51,211 nucleotides of DNA, taken from the NCBI GenBank assembly GCA_039796915.1, contig JBDKIU010000032.1, forward strand, positions 1 to 51,211. The letters are read 5' to 3'. This DNA comes from Bacteroidota bacterium. GTDB lineage: Bacteria; Bacteroidota; Bacteroidia; NS11-12g; UBA955. The notes beneath the pieces are model-generated. The model had not been told where the DNA came from. It saw only the letters and a list, made by a program, of their open reading frames with translations, and did not search any database. A program made the position numbers and the translations under genes. Of the stretch, positions 44,896-51,211 are shown piece by piece. Every line of letters starts with the position of its first letter. The first letter of the stretch is position 1.

Positions 44896-45753
44896 ATGCA
44901 GTTTTTAGATCCACTACGCTCAAAATTGGGACTGAGTCGTTCGGCAACCGTTGACCTGATGCTGCTGAACGTGTTGGTTTTTATTGCCACCGGGCTGCTT
45001 GGACTGATTCCCATCACCCGACCGTTGGTGGACTTGCTGCGCCTGAGGCCGGAATGGGATGCGCTGCTTGGCCAGCCCTGGTCGTTGCTCAGCTACATCT
45101 TCCTGCATGCAGGCTTCATGCACCTGCTCGGCAACATGCTCTGGCTGTACTTCATTGGCACCATTCTGGAAGACCTTATTGGCAGACAACACGTGTTCCG
45201 GCTGTTTCTGTTCGGCGGACTGGCCGGCGGCATCTTGTTTGTGTTGTGTTACAACCTGATTCCGATGTTTGCGCAACAAACCCTGCTCCCCATGGTTGGC
45301 GCATCGGGAGGCGTAACGGCGATCATTGTCGCTGCTGCAAGTTTCCGTCCCACTTATACCATTTACCTCTTTGGTGTTTTACCCATCCAGCTGCGTTGGA
45401 TTGCCCTGTTCAGGGTGCTTACAGATCTGGCAGGCCTGGGTGATGGCATGAACGACGGCGGACAGCTGGCGCACCTCGGCGGCGCAGCCTTTGGCTTGTT
45501 GTATGCCCTGAATCTGAAAGGAACGCTTCCTTCATGGATGCAGTTTTCATTGCCAAAACGAACCAAAAAACCCAAGCGCAGCCATCAGGTGTGGATCAAT
45601 ACGCCTGAGCGGAATGCAAACCCGGGACGCCCCAAAACCAGCAAACCCAATCAGGCTGAAATTGATGCGATTCTGGATAAAATCAACAGAAGTGGCTACC
45701 AAAGCCTGAGCGAAGAAGAAAAACAAACCCTGTTCCGGGCTAGCAGCGACTGA
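44896..45753 (+). CDS. Rhomboid-family intramembrane serine protease (second copy, with a basic/helical cytoplasmic tail)
   Basis: FLHAGFMHLLGNM, GASGGVTA and AHLGGAAFG. C-terminal tail: ...NQAEIDAILDKINRSGYQSLSEEEKQTLF. Confidence 0.85.
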   Translation: MQFLDPLRSKLGLSRSATVDLMLLNVLVFIATGLLGLIPITRPLVDLLRLRPEWDALLGQPWSLLSYIFLHAGFMHLLGNMLWLYFIGTILEDLIGRQHVFRLFLFGGLAGGILFVLCYNLIPMFAQQTLLPMVGASGGVTAIIVAAASFRPTYTIYLFGVLPIQLRWIALFRVLTDLAGLGDGMNDGGQLAHLGGAAFGLLYALNLKGTLPSWMQFSLPKRTKKPKRSHQVWINTPERNANPGRPKTSKPNQAEIDAILDKINRSGYQSLSEEEKQTLFRASSD

Positions 45754-45754
45754 T

Positions 45755-46843
45755 ATGGGAACTTCATGGCTGATGCGGGTGTTGAATGTGCTGGCGCTGC
45801 CCTTTTTCGGGGCGGTTTGGCTGGGCTTGCTGCTTTCCTGCCTGGCGCCTTACGTAGATCCGAGGAGCACAACCTTGTTTGCATTCGCCGGTCTGGCCTT
45901 TCCCTTCCTGTTTCTGATTAACCTTTTCTTCCTGATTTATTGGACCACACAACTGCGTAAACGCGCTTTGGTCTCGCTGTTGGCATTGTTGCCGGCCCTG
46001 TATTTCGCGGGCGCATACATCCAGTTTGGCGGGAAATCACTGCCAGCCAACAAGGAAGGAATCCGTATTGCCTCTTTAAACGCACAGCTTTTGGGCCACC
46101 ACCAAGGCAGAAATACCGCTGAAGAAGTTGCCGATGCGATGGCCCGGGAACTCCCAACCCTGGTCTGCATGCAGGAGTTTCTGAACAAAGGACGCGGCGA
46201 CAGCAGCACGGTTAAGTTCTTTCAAAAAAGACTACACCTGCCCTATGCCTATTTTGAACGGCTGAACGATGGCCGCAAATACGGTCAGTACGGCATGCTG
46301 ATTTTAAGTCGGTACAAACAGCTCAGACGCGGCATCATCAACTTCGCCTACAATACAGGGAATATGTGCATTTGGGCAGACCTGCTTTATGGAAAAGATA
46401 CTGTGCGCGTGTACAACATCCACCTGCAATCCATCCGCTTTGGCCGCTCGGATTATCGCTTTATCAAACAAGGCGCGGCAGACAATGAAAAGCGACTGGA
46501 AGGCAGCCGGAACATCCTGCGCCGCATGCACCGGGCCTGGAAGATGCGTGCCGAACAAGTGGATTCCTTGAAAGCACATCTTGCAGCTTGTCCGCATCCC
46601 ATCATCCTGACCGGCGATTTCAACGACGCACCCATGAGCCATGCCTACCACCGACTGTCGCAGGGATTGCGCGATGCCTTCCGGGAAAGTGGTTCCGGCC
46701 TGAACCGCACGTACCAGGGACCGTTTCCCAGTTTCCGCATTGACTACCTGCTGCACAGCGCCTACTTCGCTTCCTACGATTACAAAACCGACGCCCGCGT
46801 GCCCAGCGACCATAAAATGATTATGGGCACCCTGGTACACTGA
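45755..46843 (+). CDS. Membrane-anchored endonuclease/exonuclease/phosphatase (EEP) family protein
   Basis: About 3 N-terminal TM helices, then EEP blocks ([33 protein letters not shown]). Confidence 0.8.
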   Translation: MGTSWLMRVLNVLALPFFGAVWLGLLLSCLAPYVDPRSTTLFAFAGLAFPFLFLINLFFLIYWTTQLRKRALVSLLALLPALYFAGAYIQFGGKSLPANKEGIRIASLNAQLLGHHQGRNTAEEVADAMARELPTLVCMQEFLNKGRGDSSTVKFFQKRLHLPYAYFERLNDGRKYGQYGMLILSRYKQLRRGIINFAYNTGNMCIWADLLYGKDTVRVYNIHLQSIRFGRSDYRFIKQGAADNEKRLEGSRNILRRMHRAWKMRAEQVDSLKAHLAACPHPIILTGDFNDAPMSHAYHRLSQGLRDAFRESGSGLNRTYQGPFPSFRIDYLLHSAYFASYDYKTDARVPSDHKMIMGTLVH

Positions 46844-46885
46844 AATTCCTGACACGGGTCATAACCCGCCCTTCAAGGTCTGGTG

Positions 46886-46893
46886 TAATTTTG
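46886..46893 (+). promoter_or_regulatory. Candidate -7 box TAATTTTG, 6 nt upstream of ATG 46900
   Basis: Reads TAATTTTG-cgcgtt-ATG. The track start at 46891 is the TTG inside this box. Confidence 0.4.
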
Positions 46894-46899
46894 CGCGTT

Positions 46900-47928
46900 A
46901 TGACGGTATTGCATAACCGCATCAATAAAAAAGAACTCCGCGCGCGGATGATGGCCGATCCCACGCCACGTACCACCATTTCTTTTTACCGCTACTTCCC
47001 TATTGAACATGTGCAGGAGTTTCGCGACCAGCGCTACCGAGAATGGACGCAGCTTGGCGTACTTGGCCGCGTTTATGTAGCCCAGGAAGGCATCAACGCA
47101 CAAATCAGCGTTCCTACCGCGCGGGTGGAACGCTTCCGCGAAGCGCTGTATCAGCTTCCGGGACTGGCCGATACCAGGCTGAACTTTGCCGTGGACGATA
47201 ATGGAAAATCGTTCTATAAACTTGACCTGAAGGTGCGCCATAAAATTGTGGCTGACGGTATTGATGACCCAGGATTCAACCCCGCCGACACCGGCACACA
47301 CCTGAAGGCAGAAGACTGGAACCGCCTTTCAGAAGAAGAAGACGTGGTGATTGTGGACATGCGCAATCAATACGAGAGCGAGGTTGGCCATTTTGAAGGC
47401 GCCATCCTGCCCGATTGCGATACCTTCCGTGAAGAATTGGATAAGGTGATTCAGCTGATGGGCGAGGAAAAGGACAAAAAGGTGATGATGTACTGCACCG
47501 GCGGCATCCGCTGTGAAAAGGCGAGCGCCTGGATGAAGTACAATGGTTTCCCGAATGTATATCAGCTTGAAGGCGGCATCATCCAATACGCCCGACGCAT
47601 CAAAGATCTGGGCCTGCCCAGCAAGTTTCACGGGAAGAATTTTGTGTTTGATGAACGCCTGGGCGAACGCATCACCCCTGAAATCATTGCCCATTGCCAT
47701 CAGTGCGGCCAACCGGCTGATACGCATGTGAATTGTGCCAACGACGCCTGTCACCTGTTGTTTATTCAGTGTGAAGCCTGCGCACAAAGCATGGAAGGCT
47801 GCTGCTCCACGGAATGTCGCGACGTGATTCACCTGCCCGAAGAGGAGCAGCGCGCCCTGCGCAAACGCATCCGCAAGAACAGCGGCACCGCACACTACCG
47901 CGGACTGCGCCTGTTGAACAATCCCTGA
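46900..47928 (+). CDS. trhO: Rhodanese-domain tRNA uridine(34) hydroxylase (UPF0176/YceA family)
   Basis: ISFYRYF N-terminal region, a rhodanese active-site loop ([12 protein letters not shown]), and a Cys-rich C-terminal tail. Confidence 0.8.
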   Translation: MTVLHNRINKKELRARMMADPTPRTTISFYRYFPIEHVQEFRDQRYREWTQLGVLGRVYVAQEGINAQISVPTARVERFREALYQLPGLADTRLNFAVDDNGKSFYKLDLKVRHKIVADGIDDPGFNPADTGTHLKAEDWNRLSEEEDVVIVDMRNQYESEVGHFEGAILPDCDTFREELDKVIQLMGEEKDKKVMMYCTGGIRCEKASAWMKYNGFPNVYQLEGGIIQYARRIKDLGLPSKFHGKNFVFDERLGERITPEIIAHCHQCGQPADTHVNCANDACHLLFIQCEACAQSMEGCCSTECRDVIHLPEEEQRALRKRIRKNSGTAHYRGLRLLNNP

Positions 47929-48028
47929 TTGCTTTAACAACGAAGTTTACAGATTCATGGCTGCTGCATACACGCGGCCTCAACTTACTTTGTCGCAATG
48001 TACAGGTTCCTGATTGGTTTGGATGCAT

Positions 48029-48061
48029 AAAAAAAGGGTCAGTTGAAACGCTGACCCTTTT
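48029..48061. terminator. Bidirectional intrinsic terminator between convergent trhO and metK
   Basis: Reads AAAAAAA-GGGTCAG-ttgaaacg-CTGACCC-TTTT. Confidence 0.7.
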
Positions 48062-48116
48062 GGATGCCATCCGGGTTTGAACCCGAGATAGAAACATTTG
48101 CCTTGCGGCAAACAGA

Positions 48117-49415
48117 TTATTTCAGTTTAAACGCCTTTTTCACGGCAGGAACCGCATCCAGCGCTTCCCAGGGAAACAGGGTAACCTTCATGGTTTTTTC
48201 ATTCTTCTTACCCTTGTTAAAGGTTTTGGTGACGGTTTTGGTTTCGCGGCCCATGTGTCCGTAAGCAGCGGTTTCCAGATAAATCGGAGTACGCAGCTTG
48301 AAGCGGGTTTCGATGTTGTACGGACGCAGGCTGAACTCCTTCATGTTCATGATCTTATCGGCAATTTCGCCATCGGTCATGTTCACTTTAGCCGTTCCGT
48401 AGGTGTTCACATAAACACCAATAGGATCAGCCACACCAATGGCGTAGCTCACCTGCACCAGACATTCATCGCATACGCCTGCTGCAACCAGGTTTTTGGC
48501 AATATGACGGGTAGCATACGCCGCGCTGCGGTCCACTTTGCTTGGATCTTTTCCGCTGAAAGCGCCGCCGCCGTGGGCACCGCGTCCACCGTAAGTATCA
48601 ACGATGATTTTACGGCCGGTAAGACCTGTATCGCCGTGAGGTCCGCCAATAACGAACTTTCCGGTAGGATTTACGTGGAATTTGATGTCGGTACCGAACA
48701 AGCCATGCAGCCTTTTGGGCAGCTTCTTCTTCACGGCAGGCACCAGAATTTCGCGTACGTCTTTGTCGATCTGTGCGAGCATGGCATCGTCTGCTTTTTT
48801 AACATCAGCAGCCTTGGGAGATTTAGGCTGGATGAAATCATCGTGCTGTGTACTGAGCACTATGGCATCAATGCGCATGGGTTTATGGTCGTCTGAATAT
48901 TCAATGGTTACCTGGCTTTTGGCATCGGGGCGCAGGTATTTCATTTTTTTGCCTTCGCGGCGGATGGCTGCCAGCTCTTCCAGCAACATGTGCGACAGGC
49001 TGAGCGGAAGCGGCATGAAGTTGTCGGTTTCGTTGGTGGCATAACCGAACATCATGCCCTGGTCGCCGGCGCCCTGGTCTTCGCGGTTTTTGCGGTCAAC
49101 GCCCTGGTTGATGTCGGGGCTTTGCTCGTGGATGGCGCTCAGAATACCGCAGCTGTTTGCTTCAAACATATATTCAGCGCGGGTATAACCGATTTTGCGA
49201 ATCACCTCACGTGCAATTTCCTGTACGTCCAGGTTCGCTTCAGATTTCACTTCTCCGGCAAGCACCACCTGGCCCGTAGTAACGAGGGTTTCACAAGCTA
49301 CTTTACTTTCAGGATCGAAAGCCAGAAAATTGTCGATGAGGGCGTCTGAAATTTGGTCGGCTACTTTGTCCGGATGTCCTTCAGATACGGATTCAGATGT
49401 GAAGAAATATGGCAT
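48117..49415 (-). CDS. metK: S-adenosylmethionine synthetase
   Basis: [53 protein letters not shown] and [16 protein letters not shown]. Confidence 0.95.
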   Translation of the reverse strand: MPYFFTSESVSEGHPDKVADQISDALIDNFLAFDPESKVACETLVTTGQVVLAGEVKSEANLDVQEIAREVIRKIGYTRAEYMFEANSCGILSAIHEQSPDINQGVDRKNREDQGAGDQGMMFGYATNETDNFMPLPLSLSHMLLEELAAIRREGKKMKYLRPDAKSQVTIEYSDDHKPMRIDAIVLSTQHDDFIQPKSPKAADVKKADDAMLAQIDKDVREILVPAVKKKLPKRLHGLFGTDIKFHVNPTGKFVIGGPHGDTGLTGRKIIVDTYGGRGAHGGGAFSGKDPSKVDRSAAYATRHIAKNLVAAGVCDECLVQVSYAIGVADPIGVYVNTYGTAKVNMTDGEIADKIMNMKEFSLRPYNIETRFKLRTPIYLETAAYGHMGRETKTVTKTFNKGKKNEKTMKVTLFPWEALDAVPAVKKAFKLK

Positions 49416-49430
49416 CGTTTAATACGGTTG

Positions 49431-49438
49431 CGAAGATA
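49431..49438 (-). promoter_or_regulatory. Candidate -7 box TATCTTCG for metK
   Basis: The minus strand reads TATCTTCG-N15-ATG(49415), the TAnnTTCG variant. Confidence 0.3.
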
Positions 49439-49499
49439 AGCATAGAAATCTCTTTCATTTGCAATACGGCGGCTGCACCAAAGGCCGGTTTTACGCTTC

Positions 49500-50762
49500 A
49501 TGCCCACTGGAAAAAAGAAACGCACCAACCTGAAGGAAATGCTCCGAAAACTCGGACCTGGCCTGATTACCGGAGCCAGCGATGATGACCCGTCGGGTAT
49601 TGCCACCTATACCCAGGCGGGCGCACATTTCGGGCCACAGTTTCTGTGGACAGCCCTGTTCACCTGGCCGCTGATGGTAAACATGCAGCGCATGAGCGCG
49701 CGCATTGGCATGGTAACACGCAAAGGACTGATGGCTGTGATTCGACAGCATTACCCGGCCTGGGTCAGCGGATTTATACTGTTCCTGTCGCTTCCATCCA
49801 TTGTGCTGAACATCAGCGCAGACCTGGCTGCTGTTGGCGCGGTAGGCCATTTGCTTGTTCCGGCAGTACCGCCGCTGCTCTTTGCCGGCATTGCCGCTGT
49901 CGTGCTGCTGTATGCCATGATTCAATGGAATTATCAGAAGATTTTCCGGGTGCTGAAATGGCTGACGCTGGCCCTGATTTGCTACCTGCTGATTCCATTC
50001 ATCACCGCCACCGACTGGGCTACAGCCTTGCGCTATACCTTGCTGCCCAACATCCAATGGACGCCGGAATACATCCTTATGCTCACGGGAATTTTGGGCA
50101 CCACCATTTCACCGTATCTGTTTTTCTGGCAGTCAAATATGGAAGTGGAAGCTTTGCGAAAGCAGCACCTGCCGGTGGGAAGAAAACGGTTTCTGCTGAT
50201 GGACAGCGATGTGCGCTTCGGCATGGTGCTCAGCAACCTGAGTTTTTACTTCATCATCCTTGCTTCCGGGAATGTGCTTCATTCCGGAGGCATCACCGAT
50301 ATTGAAACCATTGCCGATGCCGCATTGGCGCTGCAGCCACTGGCCGGCGATGCTGCATATCTGCTGTTTGCGCTGGGCGTGATTGGCACGGGCGCACTCG
50401 CCATTCCCGTGCTTGCAGCCACTACCGCTTACATGACCTCAGAAACATTCCACTGGAATGAAGGACTCAACAAACGTTACAAACAGGCGCCTAAGTTTTA
50501 CCGCATCATCATCGCATCGGTAGCGCTGGCACTGCTGATAAACTTAAGCGGTATCAGCGCCGTGGATTTGTTGCTCTGGTCTGCAATACTTTATGGCCTC
50601 GTTGCGCCACCACTCATCGTGCTGATTCTGCTGATTGCCAACAACCCCAACATCATGCAGGGCCGCGAAAACACACGCGCCATGAACATCTGGGGAATAA
50701 TCACGCTGGCCCTGATGAGCAGCTGTGTGGTGCTGCTGCTGTTCCTGAGCGGAATAGTCTAA
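49500..50762 (+). CDS. NRAMP-family divalent metal cation transporter
   Basis: LGPGLITGASDDDPSGIATYTQAGAHFG is the NRAMP signature. About 11 TM helices. An alternative ATG at 49539 is possible. Confidence 0.85.
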   Translation: MPTGKKKRTNLKEMLRKLGPGLITGASDDDPSGIATYTQAGAHFGPQFLWTALFTWPLMVNMQRMSARIGMVTRKGLMAVIRQHYPAWVSGFILFLSLPSIVLNISADLAAVGAVGHLLVPAVPPLLFAGIAAVVLLYAMIQWNYQKIFRVLKWLTLALICYLLIPFITATDWATALRYTLLPNIQWTPEYILMLTGILGTTISPYLFFWQSNMEVEALRKQHLPVGRKRFLLMDSDVRFGMVLSNLSFYFIILASGNVLHSGGITDIETIADAALALQPLAGDAAYLLFALGVIGTGALAIPVLAATTAYMTSETFHWNEGLNKRYKQAPKFYRIIIASVALALLINLSGISAVDLLLWSAILYGLVAPPLIVLILLIANNPNIMQGRENTRAMNIWGIITLALMSSCVVLLLFLSGIV

Positions 50763-50767
50763 GTTTG
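50760..50767 (+). promoter_or_regulatory. Candidate -7 box TAAGTTTG, 4 nt upstream of ATG 50772
   Basis: Reads TAAGTTTG-aatc-ATG. The box overlaps the NRAMP stop codon. Confidence 0.4.
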
Positions 50768-50771
50768 AATC

Positions 50772-51211
50772 ATGAAATTCAAAACCATTTGCTTGCTGTT
50801 GTTCGGTTTCCTGGGCTGCGCTCCTGTTTTCGGGCAGAAAGAATCTTTCAAGGAAATCAGCAACGCACATGTGCGGATGGTGGTTCCGGGCTCCTGGGAA
50901 TACATGGACGGCCCGCAAGGTGTTTTGTTTTCGGTACTGAGTCCGTTGAGTTTCACAACAGACAGCTTCCGTGAAAATTTCAATATGATCCGGATTTCTT
51001 ATGCGGGCGAGGCGAGCCACGAATTTCTGATGGGCGCCGGTGACGGGATGTTGCAGAACATGCGTTCCATGCTGCCCGACATCACGCTGGAACAAACAGA
51101 TACCGGCGTTTTCAGCTTTGGCAACTATCTGGACGTTCGGGCATCCAGCGCATTCAGCAAACTGGTATGGAACTGGCGCATTTTTGTGCATGAGGGTTCC
51201 ATGTTCATCTT
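50772..51211 (+). CDS. Hypothetical secreted protein or lipoprotein, N-terminal part (runs off the 3' edge)
   Basis: Absent from the ORF track. The frame is open for all 146 codons to the window end. It starts MKFKTICLLLFGFLGCAPVFGQKESF (signal peptide with a possible lipobox Cys) and is preceded by a perfect -7 box. Competing ORFs 50765..50974(+) and 50544..51191(-) lack such support. Confidence 0.55.
   Translation, partial: MKFKTICLLLFGFLGCAPVFGQKESFKEISNAHVRMVVPGSWEYMDGPQGVLFSVLSPLSFTTDSFRENFNMIRISYAGEASHEFLMGAGDGMLQNMRSMLPDITLEQTDTGVFSFGNYLDVRASSAFSKLVWNWRIFVHEGSMFI

Noticed and set aside
44173-45753. The tandem rhomboid genes as a recent duplication or accessory insertion.
   Set aside because: The two proteins are strongly diverged outside the catalytic motifs and differ in their tails. 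The arrangement looks ancient rather than a recent or mobile event.
48066-48112. A tRNA-like look downstream of metK on the minus strand: CGGGTTCAAACCCG (T-arm-like) followed by ...GGCATCCA, with a second hairpin TTTGCC-gcaa-GGCAAA.
   Set aside because: The loops are 4-6 nt instead of 7. No D-arm or acceptor pairing can be drawn, and a full-length tRNA would have to overlap the metK 3' end. A more plausible reading is a metK-proximal terminator hairpin plus a stray hairpin.
49416-49499. A possible SAM riboswitch in the metK leader. The minus strand contains AUUGCA ... AAAG, reminiscent of SAM-II/V.
   Set aside because: The spacer is only 84 nt, and the candidate -7 box leaves about a 10-nt leader. 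I could not draw a convincing P1 or pseudoknot, and I cannot reproduce the SAM-II/V consensus reliably from memory. An Infernal/Rfam scan would be needed.
1-51211. A search by eye for CRISPR arrays, IS elements, transposases, integrases, phage genes, toxin-antitoxin pairs, restriction-modification or other defence genes, rRNA and tRNA.
   Set aside because: I recognised none. No spaced direct repeats, terminal inverted repeats or recombinase motifs appear among the ORFs. The intergenic spacers are short and are accounted for by promoters and terminators. Small or highly novel elements cannot be excluded without computational scans.

Overview
This 51.2 kb window looks like chromosomal core genome from a member of the Bacteroidota, probably a Chitinophagia/Sphingobacteriia-like lineage. 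Supporting this are two large PKD-repeat proteins ending in the gliding-motility (T9SS type B) C-terminal domain, a PorP/SprF gene, DUF2723 and DUF2851 genes, a short 287-aa primary sigma factor, and TAnnTTTG-type -7 boxes upstream of nearly every operon-leading gene. I call about 43 protein genes. Two are absent from the ORF track: rpmH (52 aa), and a 5'-edge SDR gene that runs off the window. A third gene runs off the 3' edge.

The content is mostly housekeeping: gltX, mnmA, rpoD, feoAB, rpmH-rnpA-yidD, sucB, recJ, mutL, metK, rlmB and trhO. There is also a nucleotide-sugar operon (DegT-type aminotransferase, ugd, UDP-glucuronate decarboxylase) and two GT-C-type membrane glycosyltransferases (DUF2723 and a GT39/ArnT-like protein).

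I saw no rRNA, tRNA, CRISPR array, transposase, integrase or recognisable defence genes. I cannot point to one clear-cut novel system. The most unusual items are:
- a four-gene LytTR two-component operon headed by a sensor-less, catalytically degenerate LytS-type kinase paralog;
- a PorP/SprF protein with a C-terminal SPOR-like extension next to its type B cargo, while a second type B cargo has no PorP partner;
- an O-glycosylation-type sequon recurring at one fixed position in the PKD repeats;
- an HdrD/COG0247-like Fe-S oxidoreductase split into two halves about 20 kb apart;
- a striking number of genes whose -7 box sits 4-7 nt from the start codon, implying leaderless mRNAs.

All homology statements come from by-eye motif recognition. 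No searches were run.
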